From a virus (lineage: Duplodnaviria > Caudoviricetes), in the IMG/VR virus record IMGVR_UViG_3300029288_000067, positions 128,001 through 192,000 of that record: a DNA stretch of 64,000 nt. One strand, 5' to 3'. The notes under the pieces were generated by a model. It saw only the letters and a program-made list of their open reading frames with translations. It had not been told where the DNA came from and did no database searches. This document shows positions 18,801-27,765 of the stretch, piece after piece (positions within the stretch are counted from its first letter, which is position 1; each line of letters starts with the position of its first letter). The position numbers and the translations under genes were made by a program.

Positions 18801-19362
18801 CCATTTTTTCATTTTCATCTCGGCGATTTGTGAAGAATTTGTGCAACCCCGAGAATGCTTCACCAATAGGACCCATCCCCAACATACCCATTCCAAGAGA
18901 TGTATTCCCACGAAATCTTTCATCCTTCATTCCCCGAAGTTCTCTTTGTTTATCCGCAAGCTCTTTTTCACGATTCTGCAACTGTCTTTCTTTGTAAGAC
19001 AAAGAGGATGTATCTTGCGAAAATTGACGAACAACTGTGGGAGGTCTTACAACCTTTGTTTGTTGTATTGTTGTAAAATCCTTGAACAAAGAAATGAGAG
19101 TCTGCGTATTTCGGGCAATTATTTCCGAATTTTTATTGATCTCTTTGAGGGTTGCATAATTCCGCAACTCAATTCTTTGTCCTTCGGTTGCACCCTTTTT
19201 TTCTTTTTCCGGCTTTTTTTGAAAGGATATAACATCTGTGAGTCTTTTCATCTCTTGTCGAAGATCCGAAAAAATTCGTGAAGAATTATCTTCTCTCTCT
19301 TTTTGGGGAGAAGGTAGGGCAGGAGCCCCTTTTCCAGCAAGAAGAATATCTCTTATACCCAT
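15895..19362 (-). CDS. tape measure protein with lysozyme/glucosaminidase-like and peptidase M15 domains
   Basis: 1155 aa, coiled-coil and Ala/Gly hydrophobic segments; KYGINPAFLASILVHESGWG..NNPSG..KKYAP (lysozyme-like); GGYNYR..SYHSFGAAIDIN..WG..DPMHF (M15). Confidence 0.8.
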   Translation of the reverse strand: MGIRDILLAGKGAPALPSPQKEREDNSSRIFSDLRQEMKRLTDVISFQKKPEKEKKGATEGQRIELRNYATLKEINKNSEIIARNTQTLISLFKDFTTIQQTKVVRPPTVVRQFSQDTSSLSYKERQLQNREKELADKQRELRGMKDERFRGNTSLGMGMLGMGPIGEAFSGLHKFFTNRRDENEKMADTTTAITSLENRVKELIDLTKLKREDDNRNSQKLQEKMDRQDLNMDDLADSLRDKKEAPEEKKEEKGFLSTLMGSLGGLGNMLGLGGGIAGFTTALTNALPTLLTIGGLAVTVGLTAAKLKEIYDELADIHKNDIERAKRDAEADEAYSKKNRDLIAKVQAGQMSSADAIAQASKTQAMREAMVREAQDDLTINFVNTIKAIVPTSIEQLMDNFKESFNWVIDNPLKATGMSVGFAAITGAMVMGAGGITAAASSGALSIALGLTAMAGRFTRAALPIITSMGTAAAGIAKAAAPFALLAAEVYVVYNKYKDLLGMSSGLEKDALTQEGNETEVERTGYFVEQKKHEKRKELREKGYTNEQIKLLDKGGFKQNDINALQPAAKINEEHPLPFVNPETTKRSPVAPIPMPTSTPSSDTFSIPEPSNSSGTMNIPGFAAGGEFEANQTMLVGEKGPELVKFGQPGQVIPNDHQLTQSVLSDDFEKDFDNLFHKKKHSQSALLGKGGIVEKVAQKYGINPAFLASILVHESGWGESEALKKYNNPSGTMSGKGKNNTEFKMFKTIEEGIEYTAKNLKNNYIEKGRTTIESVAKKYAPVGAANDPKNLNQYWPENVQKLTNQFGGGGVIAGASAGTGTSAAVSSSAPSPSIPTKKTSGGKPARGVPEGLATIRTKSGKTVSVSSKYAANFQGFINELESTGYVIKQLGGYNYRANVNDPSKLSYHSFGAAIDINESSNPNGSTKTDLPANVGQIAAKYGIDWGMNFTRTKDPMHFSIGEVKGKRSASHNLGNIPSPSMGVGGGAMGSVMNSMPSMASIGGAASGLSGMLGSAMNTASEGMSQASEALGIPQMADRISKGENFETLMGGTLNTLKGFTGGNIDIWEGGGETAKYSYSPMWGNKKTKGSSAPVKQMAPTAAPLPALNPPVNIPPANNNVAQSEGSTPSSKESFKIEDYDLFLANACNNDSQVG

Positions 19363-19388
19363 ACTTCTGTCTTTTTCAATACAAGAAT

Positions 19389-19416
19389 AAAACCGGGGGA
19401 CTATTCCCCCGGTTTT
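19389..19416. terminator. GC-rich hairpin between the chaperone genes and the tape measure gene
   Basis: AAAACCGGGGGA-CTAT-TCCCCCGGTTTT. Confidence 0.55.
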
Positions 19417-19562
19417 TATCCATTCTGGCTATTTACATACTTGCCGTATTCCGAATTCAAAAAAATGATATCGGCATAATCCATTTTTTCAAGTTCAAGC
19501 GGGCTTATTTTCATTCCTATTACCAAACTGGATCCGATTTTTAACAGGCTCTCTATCTCCAC
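19416..19562 (-). CDS. small tail-assembly ORF (gp51/gpT-like), possibly made by +1 frameshift
   Basis: 48 aa from GTG: MEIESLLKIGSSLVIGMKISPLELEKMDYADIIFLNSEYGKYVNSQNG; in the +1 frame overlapping the 3' end of 19495..20400; below the ORF track cutoff. Confidence 0.55.
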   Translation of the reverse strand: MEIESLLKIGSSLVIGMKISPLELEKMDYADIIFLNSEYGKYVNSQNG

Positions 19563-20400
19563 GAAAAGGCTGCACAATTAAAGATGCATCCCCCAACTCA
19601 ACCAAATTTGTAAAATCACAATGTACATTTTTTTCAATTTCCACACCATCTACAACTTCAACTTCTTTTGCCTCTTTATTCTCACAAAGGAATTTCAAAG
19701 GTTTCAAGCCGTGGAAGAACATATTATCCAATTCATTCAATAGTTCGGAATCTTCTGGATTTGCAGAATACAAAATTTCATGTGCCGCTTTTAAATTATG
19801 AGATCGGCATTGTGCCGCCATAATATACACAGAATCTTTGTCTTTCCCCTCTTTGTACAAGTTGAAATAATCTTCAATTGTAAGTGGAGTAAATGACATT
19901 TCCTGATCTTTTACTACAATATTTGCAGGAAGTTCGGGAATATTCATATAATTGAAATCTAAAGTATCCAGTTTAACATGCGAATTGTTTTCAAATCCAC
20001 ATTTAAGACAAGCATACTTAATGGAGATATCACTAACCCCAACCGAGGAGAGTTTTCTCAAAAGGGCAATAAACAAAAAGTCTTGGTAGGTTAGTTTTTC
20101 TTTTGGCATCCCGGAAACTTTGATACCTTCAAGAATAAACTCATACCGCTGTTTCACAGACAATTTGGATTGAGCAAATTTTTTCAATTCCCCATAGGTA
20201 TAAGGACAATAAGCAATTTCAACACCCTTGGGATAAGGAAGAAAATTGGAAGGAAGATCTTCAACATTAACCAAAGGCAAATATTGTGAATTTTGTCCAG
20301 CATTATGCACTTTTTCTTCGTGATTTACTGGGGTCACATTTCCTGAAGCAACTTGAGAATTCTGTGTAAAAATAGGCTTTCTCGCAACCATGTACAACAC
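19495..20400 (-). CDS. baseplate hub assembly / tail chaperone (gp26-like)
   Basis: LPSNFLPYP..LTYQDFLFIALLRK..CLKCG; upstream of tape measure; alternative start at 20391. Confidence 0.65.
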   Translation of the reverse strand: MLYMVARKPIFTQNSQVASGNVTPVNHEEKVHNAGQNSQYLPLVNVEDLPSNFLPYPKGVEIAYCPYTYGELKKFAQSKLSVKQRYEFILEGIKVSGMPKEKLTYQDFLFIALLRKLSSVGVSDISIKYACLKCGFENNSHVKLDTLDFNYMNIPELPANIVVKDQEMSFTPLTIEDYFNLYKEGKDKDSVYIMAAQCRSHNLKAAHEILYSANPEDSELLNELDNMFFHGLKPLKFLCENKEAKEVEVVDGVEIEKNVHCDFTNLVELGDASLIVQPFRGDREPVKNRIQFGNRNENKPA

Positions 20401-20448
20401 CTCTATTTAAGATTTTTAAACGTATACTACTGAGAAAATATTACTAAA

Positions 20449-20964
20449 TTATCTTCTTTTTGTTGAAATAGGTTCTTTTAAAACTCGCATTCCAACAACA
20501 TTCAAAGATAGCTCCAAACCACGCAAACTATTTTCGGAATTGCTTAATATTCTAAAATTACTATCTGGAACAACCCAATAACGTATTTCTGACAATAGGG
20601 CTCTATCCCGGGTTAATCTTTTAACATCCAATGTTTTGCAACATTCTTCCAAAGGAGTTAATTCAAGACCCTCATTGAATATCAATTTATCCCAATCTCT
20701 TACCCATTTTTCCAAAACATTGTCACAATTATCATAAAATGAAACTGTCATTGTTAGTCTTTGCTTACCTTGTGGGATAGCATACCGAGAAATATAATAT
20801 TCAATGTCTTTACTATAAATAGAAAAAACTGGCTCTTCAACCAATCGGGCCGGAAACCATTGATCAAAAGGATAAGGAGCCCCATGAAAATAAATATCCC
20901 ACAAATAAGTGACAGCAAACCCATCAACAGATCTTAGTTGATTCTGATTTGATAGACCAGCCAT
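20449..20964 (-). CDS. tail tube-like protein (gp54-like initiator)
   Basis: Paralogous to 21032..21553 (NQLRSVDGFAVTYLW vs NQMRAVQDFATTYNW; VKRLTR vs LVRLNR). Confidence 0.65.
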   Translation of the reverse strand: MAGLSNQNQLRSVDGFAVTYLWDIYFHGAPYPFDQWFPARLVEEPVFSIYSKDIEYYISRYAIPQGKQRLTMTVSFYDNCDNVLEKWVRDWDKLIFNEGLELTPLEECCKTLDVKRLTRDRALLSEIRYWVVPDSNFRILSNSENSLRGLELSLNVVGMRVLKEPISTKRR

Positions 20965-20988
20965 TGTGACACCTTTTGTGGAAAATAA

Positions 20989-21014
20989 AAATCCCCTACG
21001 TTTGTAGGGGATTT
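20989..21014 (-). terminator. terminator after tail tube gene
   Basis: AAATCCCCTAC-GTTT-GTAGGGGATTT, T-rich tail on the minus strand. Confidence 0.65.
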
Positions 21015-21031
21015 CATGACTTTCTTATTGC

Positions 21032-21553
21032 TTAAGAAGCGGTATCATCAAAGTACTGATACTGCAACTGCATCGTTGGTTGAAACAATGTATTCTCAGA
21101 ATTTACTTCAGGTTGATCGTAACCTGCCAAAAAACAACCATAAATAGTATAGGTCCAAATTGGTTGATCTTGTCGATTTAAGCGAACCAACTTAATAACA
21201 GCTTCTGTTTCGGATTGTTTCTTTGCAACACCTGTAATAGTTTGCCAGCAGGCTTCTCGCCATGCTTTCATCCATGCATTCATTTTACTATCAACACCCT
21301 CAACCAGCTTCAGGGTAAGTGGATTTGGCTCATAAGAATGGATCCCGGATTGAAAAACCTTATGCCCACGAACACTGGTTTCAATAGGAGCATTTTTCAA
21401 TGTAGGAATTGCCATAGAAATAGCCCGAATATCAATTTCTTGTGTCGGAGGAGAAGAAACTCCCGTGGGAATCTTTGTGAGTTGGAAGATCCAGTTGTAT
21501 GTGGTGGCAAAATCTTGAACAGCCCGCATTTGATTAATATTCGGTCGTGGCAT
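21032..21553 (-). CDS. tail tube protein (T4 gp19-like)
   Basis: 173 aa; VRGHKVFQSG..LTLKL..MKAWRE..IWTYTIYGCF..LQYQYF; strong AGGAG RBS. Confidence 0.75.
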   Translation of the reverse strand: MPRPNINQMRAVQDFATTYNWIFQLTKIPTGVSSPPTQEIDIRAISMAIPTLKNAPIETSVRGHKVFQSGIHSYEPNPLTLKLVEGVDSKMNAWMKAWREACWQTITGVAKKQSETEAVIKLVRLNRQDQPIWTYTIYGCFLAGYDQPEVNSENTLFQPTMQLQYQYFDDTAS

Positions 21554-21640
21554 TATAAAACTCCTGTTGAAGTAAATTACAAAATAAGATGATCAACAGA
21601 AGATTAACTTATGCTGAATTTATAAGAATATTGTACATAG

Positions 21641-21670
21641 AAAAATCCCACCCAAAAATACGGGTGGGAT
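21641..21670 (-). terminator. terminator after the DUF932-like gene
   Basis: ATCCCACCC/GGGTGGGAT stem followed by a T run on the minus strand. Confidence 0.55.
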
Positions 21671-21691
21671 ATAACTTAAATAAGAGGGTAA

Positions 21692-23236
21692 TTAATCCCT
21701 CTGAAGGATCCTATTGTAATATTCCAACTTGTCAATTTTATCAGTCTGCTTCTTTACCAACAAAGATGTGATGCCCAAACCAAATTTGACAACATTCTGT
21801 TCGATGATATTTTGCGTCATGCTGTTACCTGATTGAGCAAGATAGCTTACAAATTGCACAATACCGGCAGCATTCAGGAAGGATACTTCCCCATCGTCCC
21901 GCTGAGACAGAAATTCCAAAATAACAGCCTTAATAATTTTCCCGGGAATTTTATTTTTCCGCCCAACTTTTTCCACAACATCCACGAAATCTTCTTCCAG
22001 GATATTCCCAAAAGGCATCCCGAGATCTAGGAAGGATTCAGACAATTTTCCGGATTCAATTGCTTTCATGAAGGCAGACAAAAGTTCGAGGAAATTGGAT
22101 TTATCCAAGCCATTTAGGAACTCGGAGAAACAAACCTTAATGGCTCCACCCTTGAACAATTTCTTGAACTGAATCTTATACTTTTCAACCTTTTTTGCAA
22201 AAGATTTCTTACTTTGATCATCCCCATTGATATCCACGAGGGATTTCACATATGACTCCTGCAGGTTTACCAAGAACTCTTCAGGGATGGGTGCCATCAA
22301 GCCATTCTGACAGACCATACGCATCAAGCTCACCGATACTTCGTAGTACCCGAAAAATTTGGAACTTCCTTCGAAGTTTGTGGAAAGCCGCAGAACGGGA
22401 ATATACTCATCTTCAATACCATCGGCACTCGGGATCTTCAGGGAATATTCCGGGCTCTTCAACAAAATCTTGATGCTGTGGTCCCCTTTGGAATTATCCT
22501 TGTTCTCGAATCCAAATTCAATCGAATGCAGCAAAAGTTTTGCTGTAGGAATTTTACTTTGCACAGAAGTCAATAAAACAGGGAGTGCTTTGTGCAGAAG
22601 GGGGACTTGGCTTTCCAAGTCTTTTTTGATTGCCGCCCGGGAACCATCGGCTTGTTTTGCTGACTTCGTTTTTAGGATGGTCATTACAAGGTGGGCAACA
22701 ACCTTTTCATTGTTGTGCTCCAACTCCACCGTTGCATCTTTTTGTACAACAAGACAAACTGCAAGAGGCTTCTTCAAGGTTTCCTGAATCTTGTTCTTCC
22801 AGAATTCAAAATTCACCTGATTGATATCGTAGGGGTTTTTCTTGGAGAATGTATAAGGAATATTCAAAAGCTTTGAAAGTCTCTTGAAGGAAAATGTGGT
22901 AAATTCCCCGACATCGAAGGAGACAAACATAGGTTTATCCCCAACCGTGAAAAGAAAGCCCTTTTCCTGAATCGCAACCAAATTCATTTCTGCAATAGAT
23001 GTGAGGTAGTGAACCTCAAAATTTTCAACTTTTTGCAGCATTGAGAGAATTTCTTGTGTATTCTCTTCTTTCAATTCCGACATAATCTTTACCAGCCCCG
23101 AAGGGACAAACTGCATCTTTGTGCCTCGAACAACAAGGGGACGATCAAAGATGTGGGAATCCTCGTAATAAAACTCGGAGGGCTCCATATCTTTCTCAAT
23201 CTTCACCTTCGAAACCGCTGTCTTAAACATATCCAT
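21692..23236 (-). CDS. DUF932-like protein
   Basis: LRLSTNFEGS..SLMRMVCQNGLM matches the R-x-V-C-x-N-G signature. Confidence 0.5.
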   Translation of the reverse strand: MDMFKTAVSKVKIEKDMEPSEFYYEDSHIFDRPLVVRGTKMQFVPSGLVKIMSELKEENTQEILSMLQKVENFEVHYLTSIAEMNLVAIQEKGFLFTVGDKPMFVSFDVGEFTTFSFKRLSKLLNIPYTFSKKNPYDINQVNFEFWKNKIQETLKKPLAVCLVVQKDATVELEHNNEKVVAHLVMTILKTKSAKQADGSRAAIKKDLESQVPLLHKALPVLLTSVQSKIPTAKLLLHSIEFGFENKDNSKGDHSIKILLKSPEYSLKIPSADGIEDEYIPVLRLSTNFEGSSKFFGYYEVSVSLMRMVCQNGLMAPIPEEFLVNLQESYVKSLVDINGDDQSKKSFAKKVEKYKIQFKKLFKGGAIKVCFSEFLNGLDKSNFLELLSAFMKAIESGKLSESFLDLGMPFGNILEEDFVDVVEKVGRKNKIPGKIIKAVILEFLSQRDDGEVSFLNAAGIVQFVSYLAQSGNSMTQNIIEQNVVKFGLGITSLLVKKQTDKIDKLEYYNRILQRD

Positions 23237-23295
23237 ATCTTCTCCTGTATTTTGAGATCTCTATCAAAATAGCACATAAATATGCAAAAAACAAC

Positions 23296-23595
23296 TTATT
23301 TTTGCATGTCCACCTTTGTGACAGTATATACAACATTCATGGCTCTTATTTTTTCTCCACAGTCGGAACACAAACAACATGATCCAATTTCTGGCAATTC
23401 TTTTTGAAAAAATTCTCTCACAGATCCCAAGTGGCATTTTTTATTTGGATCAAAGATGTTTTTAACATTTTCCGAGGAAAATAAATTATTTTCCAATAAA
23501 TAAGAGATTGCCAGCACACATTTGAACTGACAATCGTACAGTTTACGGATTTCAAATAATTGCTTTAATTCGGCTTCGAGCTTTTTTGTGTCCAT
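23296..23595 (-). CDS. hypothetical Cys-rich protein
   Basis: 99 aa, in operon. Confidence 0.6.
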   Translation of the reverse strand: MDTKKLEAELKQLFEIRKLYDCQFKCVLAISYLLENNLFSSENVKNIFDPNKKCHLGSVREFFQKELPEIGSCCLCSDCGEKIRAMNVVYTVTKVDMQK

Positions 23596-23598
23596 CCT

Positions 23599-24375
23599 CT
23601 ATCCTTTGACTTTATCTAATAGTCTATAAAATGGCATGACATGTGGCGTAAATTTCCGGACCAATTTATTCTCCAATACTAATTTACCATCATCCCCTAC
23701 AACGTTGTGTTCCCCATAGTTGTCATCATTATCAATTATACAATCAAAAGCACTATCTGGGGTATTATCTAAGTCTGTTTCCGAATTGTTGTTCTTTGCA
23801 AAAGTCATGTAAGAAATAATACCCTCTTTTGACATTCTTTGCAAACGAGAAGGCAAAGAAGCCTTAATTCTTACACTGAAAGAAAGCAATTGCCCTTGAA
23901 ATTTTTTGTTCAAATCCCCACAGTATTCTAACTCATTTCGATACCGCAAACAAGGGGTAATGATGAATTGATTATCCCTTGTTGCCAACACAGTTTCCAG
24001 GTCTTTCAAATGTTCATCTATCCAAATACGAGGATTTTCAAGACGATACCCATCCCCAATTTGTACCATCAGTTCTCTATATTGAGCCTTGTATTTATAA
24101 TCGGACTTCAAAAGGTGTATATCAATATTCGGATTTATTCTGCAGGTCTCTCGATAGACCCCTTCATTAAAAGACACAATATTGATAGGACTACCGACAT
24201 CAAATTCAGAGGGCATCCCCGAAAATAAACTCTTCAATTCAGTCGTGAATAGTTCTTTTTTTGCATAATTGGCATCTCGATCATCCTTCAAGAATTTACT
24301 CACAAACTTCATTGTTTGGATAAAGGTATCTTTCCCAGACCCCGCTTTTCCATGCAAAAAAAGAACAATATTCAT
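23599..24375 (-). CDS. deoxynucleoside monophosphate kinase-like P-loop kinase
   Basis: HGKAGSGKDT Walker A, YRELMVQIG..R, LRYRNE, SETDLD; start re-called to 24375 (ATGA overlap). Confidence 0.7.
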   Translation of the reverse strand: MNIVLFLHGKAGSGKDTFIQTMKFVSKFLKDDRDANYAKKELFTTELKSLFSGMPSEFDVGSPINIVSFNEGVYRETCRINPNIDIHLLKSDYKYKAQYRELMVQIGDGYRLENPRIWIDEHLKDLETVLATRDNQFIITPCLRYRNELEYCGDLNKKFQGQLLSFSVRIKASLPSRLQRMSKEGIISYMTFAKNNNSETDLDNTPDSAFDCIIDNDDNYGEHNVVGDDGKLVLENKLVRKFTPHVMPFYRLLDKVKG

Positions 24376-24800
24376 TTTAAGGGATCCAATCTTGAAATAT
24401 TTACACTCATACCTTGTCTCAACATTAGAGGACTTGTACTTAACTTTGACAGACAATACTTTCCTTTGAAATAGTATAAGGCTATAATTGCAATTGGTCT
24501 TGTTTTAGATTTCAGGATACTCTCAACTTCTTCTTGAGGAATAGATATTTGCTTGAAAAGCAAATCCCCTTTATCTGAAACATTACAAGGGATATCTCTT
24601 ATTACTTTTCTCTCTTTTATTTTCGAAATATAGATTTCACTTTGCAGGATCTTTGAGCATAACTCTAAATCTGCCGGGAAAGAAATAACACGCAAACGAA
24701 TTGCCTTCTCTTTATTCCATTCCCGATAAAGATTTTGAACCGCCTTTTCTTTCGCTCTCTTCATTTTTTCTATTAAACAAGAAACAATAAATGGCTCCAT
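24372..24800 (-). CDS. hypothetical protein
   Basis: 142 aa, in operon. Confidence 0.6.
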   Translation of the reverse strand: MEPFIVSCLIEKMKRAKEKAVQNLYREWNKEKAIRLRVISFPADLELCSKILQSEIYISKIKERKVIRDIPCNVSDKGDLLFKQISIPQEEVESILKSKTRPIAIIALYYFKGKYCLSKLSTSPLMLRQGMSVNISRLDPLK

Positions 24801-24803
24801 GTA

Positions 24804-25265
24804 TTATACCCCTGTGGATCCGAATCCGCCCCGGGACTCAATAGAAGGGTCAAATTTTTCTACGGAAAATGAATATTTTGGTTGAATGAAAAACTGACAA
24901 ATCCGGGTGCCAGGAAGTAGATGAATTTCTCTCATTGTTGGGGAGGGCACAAACAACACCGGGATTTTCCAAATATCAAGAGCCCCACAATAATCTTCAT
25001 CGATAAGCCCAAGACTATTTACCTGCAACAGATTGAACTTTTTGAAAGTAGAGGATCGGGGTAGAAGGATTGAGTGGAATCCTTCGGGTGGTTTAATAAC
25101 AACCCCGAGGCTCACAAGTTGAAAAGGAATAGACTCACAAAGATATACAGGCTCTACCACCAATAGATCAAATCCAGAGGATTTTTCAGTCTTTATCCCG
25201 GCGTTCTCCGTATACAATTTTTCAACATATGTGTTCTGATAACTTATTTTCAAAATGTTGTTCAT
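24804..25265 (-). CDS. dut: trimeric dUTPase
   Basis: SGFDL, PRSS, GLIDEDYCG, RICQ, RGGFGSTG motifs. Confidence 0.93.
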   Translation of the reverse strand: MNNILKISYQNTYVEKLYTENAGIKTEKSSGFDLLVVEPVYLCESIPFQLVSLGVVIKPPEGFHSILLPRSSTFKKFNLLQVNSLGLIDEDYCGALDIWKIPVLFVPSPTMREIHLLPGTRICQFFIQPKYSFSVEKFDPSIESRGGFGSTGV

Positions 25266-25759
25266 ACAGCATCATCTCCTAAAATGTCCTCAGAAATAAC
25301 TCGCTGAATCTCATCTAATTTTGGATATTTATACGTGTGGGCAGAATGAACGATGTATTTCAATTTTTTCAGATTATTCAGGATTTCATCAAGATCTTTT
25401 TCAAAAAAAGAATAATCGGCTATTGGACCAAAACTAACATTTCGTTCCCGCTCGGTAATCAACCCATTAATAAAGAGATCAATGAGTGCTATCTTCCCCT
25501 CTACGGGGAGATCTCGAAGCCCGTAAATGGCTTCCCAAAAATTAGTTTCCTGAAACAAGTCTAGTAGGGATATTCCCGTGATGCTCTTTCCTTTTTTTGA
25601 GACAAAATATGCTTTATTCAAAAAATTTTCAACATCGGTCAATTCTTTATTTTTTGGACCCTTCCGAAAAATTTTCCCTACTTTAACTTTACGTTTTAAT
25701 TTTGTGGGAGGGGTCATTTTCATACTCACATCTGAATTTGCTCTTTTTTTAGAACTCAT
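25262..25759 (-). CDS. hypothetical protein
   Basis: 165 aa, ATGA-coupled. Confidence 0.6.
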   Translation of the reverse strand: MSSKKRANSDVSMKMTPPTKLKRKVKVGKIFRKGPKNKELTDVENFLNKAYFVSKKGKSITGISLLDLFQETNFWEAIYGLRDLPVEGKIALIDLFINGLITERERNVSFGPIADYSFFEKDLDEILNNLKKLKYIVHSAHTYKYPKLDEIQRVISEDILGDDAV

Positions 25760-26427
25760 ACTATTTGTCCTTTCAATACTGTATGCAAGTATTCTTTTCC
25801 GTAATCATTTGCCGCTTGGTTGGGATCTTTCCCACTGTAATTCAAAAAATTAAAAGATCTTTTGAAATTTGGGTCAATCGAAACTTCCTGCATTATTTTC
25901 AACACTGCTTTTTTCCCCGCCTCATCGTTGTCGTAACAAATATATATTTTGTTGCTTATTGCCTTCAGAAAAGCACAAAATTTCAAAGAATGCATTGCTG
26001 TGAGAGGGGAGATAACAGGGTATCCCAACTCTCGCAATGTCTCAGCATCCACAAAACCCTCGGTGACAAGCATAGGTTTATTAGGGTCTATTTTATCAAG
26101 TTCCTGAGTAAAGTACAACAAAAATGTTTGTGGATTTATTTTAAATTTATGATACCGGAGCCTTGTTGGATCCTTCCCAATATATCGAACATCGAATCCA
26201 ATAAGGTATGTTGGATTTTCGAAATCCACAATGGGGAAAAATGCACATTCGGTAAAAGTATTCGGGTGATAAAGCCTTCGAAAGCAATTAAATGGCTCCG
26301 AATTTGTATCCGTCAAAACAACCGGAAATTTCAGATTATCTGGATTAATTTTCCGCCCGGATAGATACTTTCTGCCCGCTTCAATATTCCCAGGAGTATA
26401 CAGGATGTTTGCCAATTCGTAGATCAT
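25756..26427 (-). CDS. DNA primase catalytic (TOPRIM) domain lacking the Zn-binding domain
   Basis: YLSGRKI..FPI..GFDVR..LVTEGFVDA..CYDNDEAGKKA..KDPN. Confidence 0.8.
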   Translation of the reverse strand: MIYELANILYTPGNIEAGRKYLSGRKINPDNLKFPVVLTDTNSEPFNCFRRLYHPNTFTECAFFPIVDFENPTYLIGFDVRYIGKDPTRLRYHKFKINPQTFLLYFTQELDKIDPNKPMLVTEGFVDAETLRELGYPVISPLTAMHSLKFCAFLKAISNKIYICYDNDEAGKKAVLKIMQEVSIDPNFKRSFNFLNYSGKDPNQAANDYGKEYLHTVLKGQIV

Positions 26428-27743
26428 TTTACAGGGTGTCCCACACTTATTATTGATGTTGTTGTATACTCATTATCTTCACATTTTACCATCAATGCAT
26501 TTGATTTTCCATTCAGTTCAAAAACTTTCACTTCCGAAGTTTTCACGAATTTCAGAAGGTCAATCATTTTTTCCAAACTGATGTGATATTCCCGGATGCT
26601 TGTATCCGGGCGAGATCGAGAAATATTGATAACATCCTTGGAGCTTGCCCGAACTCCTTCCTTTAACTCCAACAGAAGCGTTGTGGAAGAGCCAGTAGGG
26701 GTTACTGTGAGCTTCACGAGGTTGTTTCTGTCCAAAGAGGCTACTGAGATCTTTATTAGGCTTTTCAGCAAGGTTTCCCGAAGCACAGTGTATGAATCCA
26801 CCGGATCTTCTGAAAGCAGGTTTTTAAGAGAGGGAAACTTTAAAGACGGGATAGAAATTCCAAAGAATACATTTTGGTCCCGGAAGAGATAATAATTTTC
26901 TGTCAGAAACAATCGAGTTTTCGAGGAAAAATATGGAAGAATTTTATTTATTGTGGAAATAGATTCATGCCGAATCTTCAAAGGATTATTCACGAATAGA
27001 TCTGACTTGAACAGCCCAAGATAAGACCCGTTTCCCCCAACAAGAGCCCCATCCCGGCATTCAACAATACCAAAAGGATTATCATTTTGTGATGTTTCTG
27101 TGGAAGAGCACAAGGACATATAAGACAATGCTGTTTTAAGGATCTGTGGGTTCACCTGTTTCTCCAAATCTTTTATCTCTTTTATAGATTTGGAATATTC
27201 CGTGAAGGATACTTCAGGTTCTGTTGGGAGGTCCACCTGTGTTTGCCCGGAAACCACTTGCAATAGATATTTTTCGGGAACATAACAAAAGTTGATGACC
27301 CTCTTTTCAAAGGATGCAACCAGCTTTTGAAAATGAGATAACTCAATAACAAAGAAGTAATTCTTATCAAAACATGTGTTTGTTGATAGAGGGATAAGTA
27401 CTTCTGCAAACCCCTCAGAATTAAACCCAGAAATTTTTAATTGATTCTTGAAAATAACAACCTTTACATTCTTGTTGAGAGTTGTTCCGGAAGAAACAAT
27501 ATTTTTGAGAACTCCACAAGCATATTGCAGATAAGACAAGTCCAAAGCAAATGGGTATTTCCCCGAGGAGGGATATTTGCCAATATCCCGAAATTCGGAA
27601 AAATCCAAGAGATCTTTATTCTCGTAGTATTTATCTTTTAATTCTTGTACAATTGCCCGGGAAGTACTGTCTACTCCTGAAAGACTTTCATCTGCATTCT
27701 GTGGGGTCATCATCTCCGTTATTTTTTGGGAGAGGTTTTCCAT
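26424..27743 (-). CDS. DNA polymerase III beta-clamp-like sliding clamp
   Basis: Three-domain DnaN-like pattern (LKISGFNSE..; LKTALSYM..; FPSLKNLL..RETLLKSLIKIS) after a ~65-aa N-terminal extension. Confidence 0.6.
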   Translation of the reverse strand: MENLSQKITEMMTPQNADESLSGVDSTSRAIVQELKDKYYENKDLLDFSEFRDIGKYPSSGKYPFALDLSYLQYACGVLKNIVSSGTTLNKNVKVVIFKNQLKISGFNSEGFAEVLIPLSTNTCFDKNYFFVIELSHFQKLVASFEKRVINFCYVPEKYLLQVVSGQTQVDLPTEPEVSFTEYSKSIKEIKDLEKQVNPQILKTALSYMSLCSSTETSQNDNPFGIVECRDGALVGGNGSYLGLFKSDLFVNNPLKIRHESISTINKILPYFSSKTRLFLTENYYLFRDQNVFFGISIPSLKFPSLKNLLSEDPVDSYTVLRETLLKSLIKISVASLDRNNLVKLTVTPTGSSTTLLLELKEGVRASSKDVINISRSRPDTSIREYHISLEKMIDLLKFVKTSEVKVFELNGKSNALMVKCEDNEYTTTSIISVGHPVK

Positions 27744-27765
27744 ATGTGTGTATTATTCCTGTGTT

